From positions 30,919 through 94,918 of the forward strand of contig JAJXZF010000040.1 in NCBI GenBank assembly GCA_021780225.1: DNA of 64,000 bases. The letters are read 5' to 3'. Made by a program: the position numbers and the translations under genes. The notes under the pieces were generated by a model. That model did not search any database, was not told the origin of the DNA, and saw only the letters and a program-made list of their open reading frames with translations. The stretch comes from Deltaproteobacteria bacterium. Lineage in GTDB: Bacteria > Desulfobacterota > Binatia > Binatales > Binataceae. How positions within the stretch are numbered: position 1 is the first letter of the stretch; each line of letters starts with the position of its first letter. Below, piece by piece: positions 40,336 to 50,102 of the stretch.

Positions 40336-41100
40336 ATGGCAGGAATACTCGACGGCAAAGTGGCGATCATCACGGGCGCGGCATCGGGAATCGGACGCGC
40401 GACTTCGCTGATTTTCGCGCGCGAAGGAGCAAAGCTGCTGCTCGCCGACCTGCAGGAAGAGGGCGGCGCCGAAACGCTCAAAATGGTCAAGGCGGCCGGC
40501 GGCGACGCGACCTTCTTCAAGGTCGATGTCTCGAAATCGGCCGAAACCGAGGCGATGGTGGCAAAAGCGGTCGCGACCTACGGCAAGCTCGATTGCGCGT
40601 TCAACAACGCCGGTATCGACGGCAGGGGCGGCCGCGTGCACGAGTGCACCGAGGAGAACTGGAACCGCGTGATGTCGATCAATCTGACCGGCGTATGGCT
40701 CTGCATGAAGGCGGAGATCGCGCAGATGCTGAAGCAGGGCAAAGGCGGCGCGATCGTGAACACCTCTTCGGACGCGGGCCTGATTGGCGTCGCCGGATTG
40801 CCGGCCTATGTCGCGGCCAAGCACGGCGTCGCCGGACTGACCAAGGCGGCCGCGATGGAGTACGGACGGCACAATATCCGCGTCAATGCGGTCTGTCCGG
40901 GGCCGATCCGCACGCCGATGCTGGGCCGGTTGCTGAACGCGCGACCCGAGGCCGAATCCAAAATGGCGCGGTCGGAGCCGCTCAAGCGGCTCGGCGAGCC
41001 GTCGGAGATCGGCGAGGCGGTGGCGTGGCTCTGCTCGGACCGCGCCTCGTATGTGCACGGCTTGCCGATGCCGGTGGACGGCGGCTTCATGGCCCAGTAA
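40336..41100 (+). CDS. short-chain dehydrogenase/reductase (SDR), glucose-1-dehydrogenase/FabG-like
   Basis: TGAASGIG NAD-binding motif, NNAG, and the catalytic S...YVAAK triad; 254 aa. Confidence 0.9.
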   Translation: MAGILDGKVAIITGAASGIGRATSLIFAREGAKLLLADLQEEGGAETLKMVKAAGGDATFFKVDVSKSAETEAMVAKAVATYGKLDCAFNNAGIDGRGGRVHECTEENWNRVMSINLTGVWLCMKAEIAQMLKQGKGGAIVNTSSDAGLIGVAGLPAYVAAKHGVAGLTKAAAMEYGRHNIRVNAVCPGPIRTPMLGRLLNARPEAESKMARSEPLKRLGEPSEIGEAVAWLCSDRASYVHGLPMPVDGGFMAQ

Positions 41101-41233
41101 CGACGGGTTCGATACGTTCAAATCGCCTATCCGCCGTCCGCAAGGTCAACCATATGTTGACAGAAGCGGCGGATTTGATAGGATTTTGCCCGGATAACGA
41201 ATCCGCTACGCCCGTAGGCGGGCATTATACGAG

Positions 41234-41269
41234 AGGCCCTTCCGCGTAATGTGGGAGGGCCTTTTCTTT
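41234..41269 (+). terminator. rho-independent terminator (stem with one G-U pair, then TTTCTTT)
   Basis: AGGCCCTTCC-gcgtaatgt-GGGAGGGCCT-TTTCTTT. The NYN gene RBS follows directly. Confidence 0.55.
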
Positions 41270-41282
41270 ATGGAGTCAAGAT

Positions 41283-41864
41283 GTGGCCAGGATCGCGATT
41301 TTGATCGATGGCGGATGCCTGCGAACGCGCACCAAGCAGGCAAACCTTCAGTACGACCCGAATCATATCGAAGCCGTCGCGCTCAAATGCCCGCTGACTG
41401 ACGAAAATCTACTGCGTATTCTTTATTATGATTGCGCTCCATACGGAGGCAGCGTGAAACTGCCCGTGTCTGGAAAACCGCATACGTTTCCCGGCTCCGA
41501 CGCTTGGTTGAGGGAATTGGCGCGCAAAGATCTTTTCGCCGTGCGCCGAGGCGTGCTCAAATTCCGCGGCTTCGTGCCGAACAAGATACCACTTGCTTCG
41601 ACCCATTTGACCGATGCGGATTTCAAGCCCTCGTTTGAACAAAAAGGCGTCGATATGAGGATAGGTTTGGACATCGCGCAATACGCCAACGCGAAATCAG
41701 TTGAGCGAATTGTGCTGTTAACCGAAGACACTGATTGTGTCCCAGCGATGAAACACGCGCGTAAGGCGGGCTTGCAAGTCGTGTTGATATCGCTGCCGAA
41801 TTCTCATCTCGCGCCGGAACTCAGAGAGCACAGCGATTTCTTGCGATCCGTGGCATGGCCGTAA
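41283..41864 (+). CDS. NYN-domain (LabA-like PIN-fold) protein
   Basis: IAILIDGGCL N-terminus with a conserved Asp, and the GVDMRIGLDI and LLTEDTDCVP acidic blocks typical of NYN/LabA. Confidence 0.75.
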   Translation: MARIAILIDGGCLRTRTKQANLQYDPNHIEAVALKCPLTDENLLRILYYDCAPYGGSVKLPVSGKPHTFPGSDAWLRELARKDLFAVRRGVLKFRGFVPNKIPLASTHLTDADFKPSFEQKGVDMRIGLDIAQYANAKSVERIVLLTEDTDCVPAMKHARKAGLQVVLISLPNSHLAPELREHSDFLRSVAWP

Positions 41865-41967
41865 GGAAAGGCCCCCGGCCGCTCGTCCATGTTTCCGAAA
41901 AACGACGGGGGCGGAGACCATCAAGGTCGCCGCCCCCGTTTGCGTCATTGCGATTTAATCGCGAACG

Positions 41968-43095
41968 TCAGCCGAGCAGGGATTTTGCGACCGTCTCGCG
42001 ATGCACCGGCGCGTTGCCCAAGTTCGCCTCGCCGGCGAGCGCCCGGCGATGGTACAGGTGCATGTCGTGCTCCCAGGTGAAGCCGATGCCGCCGTGGACC
42101 TGAATCGCCTCCGAAGTGACGTTCTTGGCCATGTCCGACGCATACGCCTTGGCCATCGGCACGGCCGCCGCCGCTTCGGCCACGCGCTCGTCAACCGTCC
42201 AGCAGGCGTAGTAGGTCAGCGAGCGAGCGTTCTCGACCGCGACCATCATATCGACGCACTTGTGCTTGACGGCCTGAAAGGAGCCGATCGGCTTGCCGAA
42301 CTGGACGCGGGTCTTGGCGTAATCGACCGCGATATCGAGCGCCTTCTGCGCCGTACCGACCATCTCGGCCGCGAGTCCGGCCGTCGCGATATCGAGCGTG
42401 CGGCGCAGAATCGGCCATCCGCCGTCGGCCCCGCCGATCACTTCGCTGGCCGCGACGTCATCGAACTTCACGTGGCACATCCGGCGCGTCATATCGACGG
42501 TTTTTAGCTGCGTAACCGTGACGCCTTTTTCCTTCGCCGGAACGCAGAGCAGCGTGATTCCGTTTTCGCCCGCGCCGCCAGTGCGCACCGCGACGATAAT
42601 CGCGTCGGCGACGTGCGCGTCAGGCACGAAGAATTTCTCGCCCGTGATCGTGTAGCCGGAGCCTTTTTTCGCCGCCTTGAGCTCGATTCCACCAGCGTCG
42701 AAACGGCCCGACGCTTCCGCGATCGCGACCGTCGCGATCAATTTGCCCGCCGCGATCTTCGGCAGCAGGTCTTTCTTCTGCGCCTCCGATCCGCCTTCCA
42801 TGATCGCCGGCCCGCCGAGCATCGTCGCGGCGAAGAACGGTCCCGGCACGATCGCCTTGCCGGCCTCTTCCGCAATCACGGTAAGGTCGAGGAACGAACC
42901 GCCCTGCCCGCCGTAATTCTCCGGGATAATCAGTCCGGGCCATCCGAGTCCGACCAGTTTTTCCCAAAACGCCCCGTCATGCGCGGTCTCATGCGCCATC
43001 ATCTGACGCACGAACTTGGTGGAACAGTTGTCGGTCAGGAACCGCTTGGCGGCGTCCCGCAGCATCTCCTGCTCTTCTGAAAACCCGAAGTCCAA
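41968..43095 (-). CDS. acyl-CoA dehydrogenase family protein
   Basis: 375 aa with ACAD N-terminal, middle and C-terminal domain signatures (QVHGGIGFTWE). Confidence 0.88.
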   Translation of the reverse strand: MDFGFSEEQEMLRDAAKRFLTDNCSTKFVRQMMAHETAHDGAFWEKLVGLGWPGLIIPENYGGQGGSFLDLTVIAEEAGKAIVPGPFFAATMLGGPAIMEGGSEAQKKDLLPKIAAGKLIATVAIAEASGRFDAGGIELKAAKKGSGYTITGEKFFVPDAHVADAIIVAVRTGGAGENGITLLCVPAKEKGVTVTQLKTVDMTRRMCHVKFDDVAASEVIGGADGGWPILRRTLDIATAGLAAEMVGTAQKALDIAVDYAKTRVQFGKPIGSFQAVKHKCVDMMVAVENARSLTYYACWTVDERVAEAAAAVPMAKAYASDMAKNVTSEAIQVHGGIGFTWEHDMHLYHRRALAGEANLGNAPVHRETVAKSLLG

Positions 43096-43243
43096 GGCGA
43101 TCTCCTTATTGGTCCGGAGCGCGCGGGCGTCCGGCCGCGATCAACGCTCAATTTTTCACGAATTGGGGTAGCATTATCGCGCGCGCCGCCGCAAGCGAAA
43201 ATTCGGCGGCGCAACGAGCGCCAGAGGCGCAAGGAGGCCATCC

Positions 43244-44038
43244 ATGGCGGACGCGACCGCGGGCGAAACCGAACGGCACAAAGCGGCGGTGCGCGACGAA
43301 TTCACGCGCCAGGCGCCGGTCTATGCGACCGCGGCGGTAATCACCGACGCGCAGCGGCTGGCGCGGCTGGTTGACGCGATCGATCCGCGGCCGGGCGATC
43401 GTGCGCTTGAAGTCGCGACCGGACCAGGACACGTCGCGATGGCGCTGGCGGCGCGATGCGGCGAAGTGGTGGGCGTCGATCTTACGCCGGCGCCGCTGGA
43501 GATCGCGCGGCGCTTGAGCCGCGAGCGCGGCATCGCCAACGTCAGCTTTGAGCTCGGCGAGGCCGACCGGCTCCGTTTCGCCGACGGCGAATTTCAAATC
43601 GTCGTCTGCCGCTTCGCCTTCCATCATTTTGAAAACCCCGAGGCGATTCTCGGCGAGATGCGCCGGGTATGCGCGGCGGGCGGAACGGTCGCGATCGAGG
43701 ACCTTTTCGCCAGCGAGCATCCCGAACGGGCGCGGCGCTACAACCATGTCGAGCGCCTGCGCGACAGCTCGCATACGCGGGCGTTGGCGCCCTCGGATTT
43801 GATCGCGATGACGGCGCGCGCGGGATTGGAACTCGAGCGGCTGTATTCGCTCGGCGGCAAGGTCGAGGTCGAGCCCTGGATGGCCGCGGCGCAAACGCCG
43901 CCGGAAAAGGCCCAGGAAGTGCGGCGCCTGCTCAACGAGGACGCGCTGCGCGATCTGAGCGGCTCGCGCCCGGCGATCGAGCACGGCCAGCTCACCTTCA
44001 TCCAGCGCACGCTGGCCGTGGTCTGCCGCAAGCTCTGA
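43244..44038 (+). CDS. class I SAM-dependent methyltransferase (UbiE/COQ5-like)
   Basis: Motif I ALEVATGPGHVA and post-I VVGVDLTP. Confidence 0.8.
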   Translation: MADATAGETERHKAAVRDEFTRQAPVYATAAVITDAQRLARLVDAIDPRPGDRALEVATGPGHVAMALAARCGEVVGVDLTPAPLEIARRLSRERGIANVSFELGEADRLRFADGEFQIVVCRFAFHHFENPEAILGEMRRVCAAGGTVAIEDLFASEHPERARRYNHVERLRDSSHTRALAPSDLIAMTARAGLELERLYSLGGKVEVEPWMAAAQTPPEKAQEVRRLLNEDALRDLSGSRPAIEHGQLTFIQRTLAVVCRKL

Positions 44039-44059
44039 GCGCGCGGCGCCGAAAGCCGC

Positions 44060-45241
44060 TCAGTGAAGGCGGCGCGGCGAAAGCAGCGCGAGCACGCCGC
44101 AGTACTGCAGCAGTCCGGCGCGATCCGCAAGCGGGCCGATTTCGAAACCGGTGAAAAATCCCGCCAGCGGAAGATTCGGGAATTGCCGCCCGATATAGGC
44201 GGAATCGTGGTCCGGGATTCCGTAAAGACCGGAACCACGCGAGACGCAATCGAAATATAGTCCGAGCGCGGGCGGCGCGCCGGCGACCGCCCGCTCGAGC
44301 CGTTCGAGTTCGGCTTTGAGCTCCGCGCGCGATCGCTCGCCGTCGCGCAAAGCGAAACCGATTAAATCGCCGGCGCGCGGGCGATGCGCGACCGCGATCG
44401 CGCCGTGCTCGGGGCTTGCGCCAACGACATTGCGAACGACGAAGCGGTTGCGTTCAAGCGCTTGCGCCTCGGGATCGAGCGGGATTGCGGCGAAAACGTA
44501 GGCGAGCGCGCGCGGCAAATCGTCGGCGAGCTGGCCCGCCACGTCGGCGAACACGTCCCACGCGCGGCGCTCGTCGAGTTCGAAGATCACGTTGTCGCGC
44601 ACGGAGGTCACGCGATGGAGCCGGCCGAGCGGCGCGCACGCGTTGGCCGCTCCGATCGTGACGTCGAAATTTCCGCTGAGCAGCATCCCGGCGACCGCAT
44701 TGGAACTCACGACGTCGCCGCAGAACTGAAAAGTCTCGCCGACCGCGCCGTCTTCGGTGGCGCCGCCACCGACGATCGCGACGCCGGGAAGTTCGCGCGC
44801 GAGCGCGCCCAGAAACGGCTCGGCTTCGAGATTGTAGCTGTCGGGGAACAAACAGAGGAGGTTGTTCGGGCCGAGCTGGGGCCGCGCCGCGCCGGCCAGC
44901 TCGGCCGCCGCAGCGGCGGCGCGTCCGCGCAGCGGCGCGGCGAACATCCGCGTCGCTTTGACGCCGCCGAAGACCATCACCGCGAGCGACCGGCCTGACT
45001 CGAATTCATGGCCGTTGGCGATCGCGCCCAGCGCGCCACATCCCGCGACCTCGCGCGTGCCGGCGGCCTCGGCGACCGCCCGCAAAATCATCGGAAAGGC
45101 CCCGCCGTAGGCGCTCGCGGCGAAACAGAGCGCGCCTTCCGCGACCCGCAGGCCGGCCTGCGCGAGCGCGGCGCCAGTCGCCTCGAGCGCCGCCGCGCGC
45201 GGATTTGCGGCGGTCGAATATCCCACGCCCGCGCGAATCAT
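44060..45241 (-). CDS. FIST-domain sensory protein (FIST_N plus FIST_C)
   Basis: 393 aa, Gly/Ala-rich, with FIST signature blocks. Start overlaps the upstream M20 peptidase stop by 4 nt. Confidence 0.7.
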   Translation of the reverse strand: MIRAGVGYSTAANPRAAALEATGAALAQAGLRVAEGALCFAASAYGGAFPMILRAVAEAAGTREVAGCGALGAIANGHEFESGRSLAVMVFGGVKATRMFAAPLRGRAAAAAAELAGAARPQLGPNNLLCLFPDSYNLEAEPFLGALARELPGVAIVGGGATEDGAVGETFQFCGDVVSSNAVAGMLLSGNFDVTIGAANACAPLGRLHRVTSVRDNVIFELDERRAWDVFADVAGQLADDLPRALAYVFAAIPLDPEAQALERNRFVVRNVVGASPEHGAIAVAHRPRAGDLIGFALRDGERSRAELKAELERLERAVAGAPPALGLYFDCVSRGSGLYGIPDHDSAYIGRQFPNLPLAGFFTGFEIGPLADRAGLLQYCGVLALLSPRRLH

Positions 45242-46749
45242 CGATGCCGCTCCTCATTCGATCGCGCACGCCCGCCGGCCAACTCCAGCAGCTCGACCAT
45301 CCGGCGAATCCCCGCGCCGAGTTCCTTCACGGAAATCCGCTCGTTGACGCCATGCACGCCCTTCATTTCGCCGGGCGTCAGAAGAATCGGAATGAAGCCG
45401 TAGCAGTCGATATGTCTTTCGCGGAAATAGTGGCTGTCCGTGAAGCCGGCGATCATCGTCGGCACGACCGCGGCGTGCTCGCGCGCCGCCAGCTCCTGAA
45501 TCGCGGTCATCATCCGGGAGTCGCGCGGCGACGAGACCGACGGAAAATTCAGCAGCACCTCGGTCTTTAAACTCGAATCGTCCATCGCCTTGCGCACATC
45601 GGCCATCGCCGTGACCGGATTCTCTCCCGGCAGCAGGCGTCCGTCAATTTCGGCCTCGGCGACCGGCGGAATCACGTTGGTCTTGTCGCCGGCGCGCAAC
45701 ACGGTCGGGGTGAAGGTGTCGCGGACGAGGACGTCGTGATGCGGGTCCTGGGTGAATTTGCGCACAAACTCGGGAGTGCGCAGCGCGCGCGCCAGGTTGC
45801 GATACTGCGGCGGCCCGCCGTCGAGATTCGCCAATTCGTGGAAATAGTCGCGCACCGGATCGACCAGGCGAAGCGGCGCGCGCCAACCGTCGAGCCGATC
45901 GAGCGCGCGCGCCAGCCGCGTGACCGCCGTTTCGTCGGGCGGAACCGCGGCATGGCCGGCCGGTCCGGTCGCGGTGACGCGAATCCAGAGCGGCGTCTTT
46001 TCGGCGATCGAAACGGCGAAATATCGCTTTCCGTTCGGCCGTTTTTCGATCGCGCCGCCTTCATTGAGCAGGTAGCCGGCGTCGGCGAAGATGTCGCTCT
46101 CATGCGCGACCGTCCAGCCCGCGCCCATCCTGCCGCCCTCTTCCTCGTCGCCGGTGGCGATAAAGATGACGTCGCGGTCGAGCAGGATTCCGGCCCGTTT
46201 GATCGCCAGCATCGCCATCAGCTCGATCACGCCCGGACCTTTGTCATCGAGCGAACCGCGCCCCCAGATTTCGCCGTTCCTGATCTCGCCCGAGAAGGGC
46301 GGAACTTGCCACTCTTTGGGGTTCGCCGGCACGACATCCATATGGCTCAACAGCACGATCGATTTCGTATGACGGCCGATTCCGTGCAGGCGCGCGGCAA
46401 TCACGCCGCGACCCGGCGCCGGTTCCCATACGGTGGCCGGCACGCCGTCGGCGAGGAACTTCTCTTTCAGCATCCGCGCCGCGCCAAGCTCGTTGCCGGG
46501 CGGATTGGTGGTGTCGATCCTGATGTAATTCTGGAGCAGCGTCGCCGCTTCCTGCGTGAGCTGCGCGTAATCGATCGGCCGCGGAGGAGGCGCCGGTTCA
46601 ACCAGCCGATGACGACCGTTATGCGCGGCGGCGGCCGGCCGCGCCGACAGGGCAACGCCGGCGACAATCGCAATCAGCGCGAGCGCGATTCGAGTCGCGC
46701 GGCGATTCGTCAAACGGTCCGCAATGCGGCCGATAGCGCGGATTCGCAC
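45238..46749 (-). CDS. M20/M25/M40 family metallopeptidase with N-terminal signal/anchor
   Basis: HMDVVP, GRGSLDDKG and TGDEEEGG metal-binding motifs. Confidence 0.85.
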   Translation of the reverse strand: MRIRAIGRIADRLTNRRATRIALALIAIVAGVALSARPAAAAHNGRHRLVEPAPPPRPIDYAQLTQEAATLLQNYIRIDTTNPPGNELGAARMLKEKFLADGVPATVWEPAPGRGVIAARLHGIGRHTKSIVLLSHMDVVPANPKEWQVPPFSGEIRNGEIWGRGSLDDKGPGVIELMAMLAIKRAGILLDRDVIFIATGDEEEGGRMGAGWTVAHESDIFADAGYLLNEGGAIEKRPNGKRYFAVSIAEKTPLWIRVTATGPAGHAAVPPDETAVTRLARALDRLDGWRAPLRLVDPVRDYFHELANLDGGPPQYRNLARALRTPEFVRKFTQDPHHDVLVRDTFTPTVLRAGDKTNVIPPVAEAEIDGRLLPGENPVTAMADVRKAMDDSSLKTEVLLNFPSVSSPRDSRMMTAIQELAAREHAAVVPTMIAGFTDSHYFRERHIDCYGFIPILLTPGEMKGVHGVNERISVKELGAGIRRMVELLELAGGRARSNEERHR

Positions 46750-46753
46750 GAGG

Positions 46754-47998
46754 CTAACGCTCGCCGTAATTGAAGATTTCCACGACCGTCCGCAGAAACG
46801 CCGCGGACGGCGCGCCGTCGATCGCGCGATGGTCGAAGGTCAGGCTGAGCGTCATCATCGAGCGGCGCGTGATTTCGCCGCGCCACACCGCCGGCTTTTC
46901 GACGATCCGGCCGACGCCGAGAATGCCGGTCTCGCCCACGTTGAGAATCGGCGTGAAGGCGTCAATTCCGTAATTTCCGAGGTTGGTGATCGTGAAAGCG
47001 CCGCCGCTCACGTCTTCAAGCGTGAGCTTGCCAGCGCGCGCACGTTCGCCCAGCTCGTTCGTGCGCGCCGCGATCTCCCTGAGCGTCATTCGATTCGCGC
47101 CCGCGATCACGGGCACGATCAAACCGTCATCGAGCGCCACCGCGAGTCCGACGTTCACTTCGTCATTCAGCAGGATTGCGCCGTCGCCGAATCGCGCATT
47201 CATCCGCGGATGGCGCGTCAGGGCGCGCGCGACCGCATGAATCAACAAATCCGTGTAAGTGAAATCGAATTGCGGCTTCAGCCGTTCGCGCAGTTCCACC
47301 GCCGCGCTCACGTCGGCCTCGGTCGTAATAGTAAGCTGCGCCGAATCGCGCAAGCTCGCATGCATCCGCTGCGCGATCGTGCGGCGCATTGCGGTGAGCG
47401 GCATCGTGCGGACCGTGGGCTTCCCGGCGGAGGCGGACGGCGCGGCTGGCGCCGCCGGCAATATCGTCGGCGCAGGCGCGGCCGGCGGTTCCGCGCCCTT
47501 CGCCGCCCCCGCGCGCTCCACGTCTTCGCGCGTCACCCGTCCGCCGGGTCCGCTGCCGGCGACCGAATCGAGATTTACGCCCAATTCGGCGGCGCGTTTG
47601 CGGGCAATCGGAGTGATCGCGCGGCGCGCCCCGGCCGGCGCCGGCTCGGCGGCCGGCGCGGCCGATCGCTCGGCGCCGCCGTTCGCCAATGATCCTTGCG
47701 CGCTTCGCGCAGCCGGCGCGCCATTGCCGGCAGTCGCGGCGATCGCCGCTGCGTCCTCGCCCGGCGCGGCGATCAGCGCGACCGCAAGACCGCACGCCAC
47801 CACCGCGCCTTCCGCATAGAGCCACGCCGCGAGCGTGCCGGCGGCGGGCGCTTCGACGACATAGAGCACCTTTTCGGTCTCGACCTCGTAAAGCGGTTCG
47901 CCCGCCGCAACCGTTTCGCCCGGATGCTTGAAGAAACGCTGGATCGTCCCCTCATGCATCGTCAGGCCGAACTTGGGCATCGTGACTTCGACCGCCAT
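46754..47998 (-). CDS. 2-oxoacid dehydrogenase E2 component (dihydrolipoyl acyltransferase) with lipoyl domain
   Basis: Start ATG 47998 (MAVEVTMPKFGLTMHEG...ETEKV lipoyl-Lys motif). The C-terminal catalytic domain carries DHRAIDG. Confidence 0.85.
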   Translation of the reverse strand: MAVEVTMPKFGLTMHEGTIQRFFKHPGETVAAGEPLYEVETEKVLYVVEAPAAGTLAAWLYAEGAVVACGLAVALIAAPGEDAAAIAATAGNGAPAARSAQGSLANGGAERSAAPAAEPAPAGARRAITPIARKRAAELGVNLDSVAGSGPGGRVTREDVERAGAAKGAEPPAAPAPTILPAAPAAPSASAGKPTVRTMPLTAMRRTIAQRMHASLRDSAQLTITTEADVSAAVELRERLKPQFDFTYTDLLIHAVARALTRHPRMNARFGDGAILLNDEVNVGLAVALDDGLIVPVIAGANRMTLREIAARTNELGERARAGKLTLEDVSGGAFTITNLGNYGIDAFTPILNVGETGILGVGRIVEKPAVWRGEITRRSMMTLSLTFDHRAIDGAPSAAFLRTVVEIFNYGER

Positions 47999-48042
47999 GG
48001 CAGGTGTTTCCGGTGCAAGCGGCGCGCGCGGCGCTCGTTCCC

Positions 48043-49017
48043 CTAGCGGCCGACCGCGGCGCGGATGGCCGCCTCGATTTTCGCCTCGTTGGCCAGCGCG
48101 GCTTTTTCCAGCGGCGGGCTGAACGGAATCGGCACGTCGAGCGTCGTCACGCGCCGGACGGGACCGTCGAGGAAGTCGAACGCCTTCTCGCCGATAATCG
48201 CGGCGATATCGGCCGCGGCGCCGCCGCGCCAATGGCCCTCGTCAACCACCACGGCGCGATTGGTTTTTTCCACCGACGCGAGGATCGCCGCTTCGTCGAG
48301 CGGAACCAGCGTGCGCGGATCGATCACCTCGACGCTGACGTCCTCCTTGGCGAGTTTGTCGGCGACGCGAAGCGTGCGCGGAACCATCGCGCCGATCGCG
48401 ACGACCGTCACGTGCTCGCCGGCGCGCTTGACGGCGGCCTGGCCGAGCGGAACGAGATGGTCGCCGGCGGGAATTTCCTCGCGCTGGCCGCCGAGGGCGC
48501 CATGCTCGAAGACAATCACCGGATTGTCGTCGCGAATCGCGCTTTTCAGCAGTCCCTTCATATCGGACGGATTCGAGGGCACGACCAGCTTGATGCCCGG
48601 CACGCTCAGGAACTGCGCGTAAACGGTCTCCGAATGTTGCGCCGCCGCGCCGCCCATCGCGCCGTACACGCAGCGGAAAGTAATCGGCATCCGCGCTTGG
48701 CCGCCGGACATATAGCGGAGCTTGGCGGCTTGATTGCACACCTGATCCATCGCGCAATAGAAGAAGCTCGCGAATTCGACTTCGCAGATGGGCCGCGTGC
48801 CGGCCATCGCGGCGCCGACCGCCGCGCCAACGAAGCCGGCCTCCGCGATCGGCGTATTGCGCACGCGGCGCGGGCCGAATTTGTCGATCAGTCCCTTGGT
48901 CGCGCCAAAGGCGCTCAGCACCACGTCCTCGCCCATCACGAAGGTCAGCGGATCGCGCTCCATTTCTTCGCTGAGCGCCTGGTTGATCGCCTGAATAAAG
49001 GTTGTAGGCATCGCCAA
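48043..49017 (-). CDS. 2-oxoacid dehydrogenase E1 beta subunit (transketolase-like)
   Basis: 324 aa with the typical E1-beta Pyr and C-terminal domains. Confidence 0.9.
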   Translation of the reverse strand: MAMPTTFIQAINQALSEEMERDPLTFVMGEDVVLSAFGATKGLIDKFGPRRVRNTPIAEAGFVGAAVGAAMAGTRPICEVEFASFFYCAMDQVCNQAAKLRYMSGGQARMPITFRCVYGAMGGAAAQHSETVYAQFLSVPGIKLVVPSNPSDMKGLLKSAIRDDNPVIVFEHGALGGQREEIPAGDHLVPLGQAAVKRAGEHVTVVAIGAMVPRTLRVADKLAKEDVSVEVIDPRTLVPLDEAAILASVEKTNRAVVVDEGHWRGGAAADIAAIIGEKAFDFLDGPVRRVTTLDVPIPFSPPLEKAALANEAKIEAAIRAAVGR

Positions 49018-49053
49018 TCGCCTCCGCCGCGCCTGATTCGTAAAATTGCGAAT

Positions 49054-50031
49054 TCAGCCTGAATAAACGTCTTCGGTCACTTCGGCCGGATCGGGCAGCG
49101 GACTTTCGCGCGCGAACTTGACCGCGGCTTCCAGTTCCGCCCCGGTCTCCTCGCGGATTTGCTTGAGTTCGGCGGCGTTGATCTTGCCGGACTCGGCGGC
49201 GAACTTCTCGAAGCGAATCAGCGGGCATCGCGCCCTCCATTCCGCGACTTCCGTTTCGCTGCGATACGACGCCTTGCCGAGGAACGCCTGCTCGCCGACG
49301 ACATGCCCCTCCCATCGGTAGGTCTTGCACTCGATCAGCGTCGGCCCCTCGCCGGCGCGGGTGCGCGCGATCGCTTCGCTGGCGCAGCGATAGACTTCGA
49401 GCACGTCGTTGCCGTCGATTATGACGCCCGGGATGCCGTAGGCCTGCGCGCGGACCGCGATGTCAGTCACCGACGTCACCGTCCGCATCGGGGTGAATTC
49501 GCCGAAGCCGTTGTTCTCGCAAACATAGATGACGGGCAGCTTCCACACCGCGGCAAGATTGAGCGATTCGTGAAAGGTTCCTTCGTTCGACGCGCCGTCG
49601 CCGAAAAAGCACGCCGTCACTTCGTCGCGCTGCGCGATTACCGCGGCCAGCGCGGAGCCGGTCGCGAGCGGGATGCCGCCGCCGACGATGCCGTTGGCGC
49701 CGAGAATCCCAAGGGAAAAATCGACGATGTGCATCGAGCCGCCCTTGCCTTTGCAGTAGCCCGTGCGCTTGCCGAAAATCTCCGCCATCATCCGATCGAG
49801 CCGGCCGCCTTTGGCGATCAAATGGCCGTGGCCGCGATGGGTCGAAGTGATGCGGTCGGTCGCGCGCAGCGCCGCGCAAACGCCGGTCGCGCTCGCCTCC
49901 TCGCCGATCGAAACATGCACGAAGCCGGGTATTTCGTTGGCGGTCGCCAAATCGCGCACTTGCGCTTCGAACAGCCGGATCCGCGTCATCATGCGGTACA
50001 TCTCGAGCATCTTGTCTTTGCCGAGATCCAT
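49054..50031 (-). CDS. 2-oxoacid dehydrogenase E1 alpha subunit (TPP-dependent; pyruvate/acetoin/branched-chain type)
   Basis: TPP-binding GDGASNEG...ENN motif; 325 aa. Confidence 0.9.
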   Translation of the reverse strand: MDLGKDKMLEMYRMMTRIRLFEAQVRDLATANEIPGFVHVSIGEEASATGVCAALRATDRITSTHRGHGHLIAKGGRLDRMMAEIFGKRTGYCKGKGGSMHIVDFSLGILGANGIVGGGIPLATGSALAAVIAQRDEVTACFFGDGASNEGTFHESLNLAAVWKLPVIYVCENNGFGEFTPMRTVTSVTDIAVRAQAYGIPGVIIDGNDVLEVYRCASEAIARTRAGEGPTLIECKTYRWEGHVVGEQAFLGKASYRSETEVAEWRARCPLIRFEKFAAESGKINAAELKQIREETGAELEAAVKFARESPLPDPAEVTEDVYSG

Positions 50032-50102
50032 CGATCGTCACCTCGCCGGCGGCGGAACTTCGCGGCTACTCTGCGCCGATCCGGCGGCCCCGGTCAAATC
50101 CG

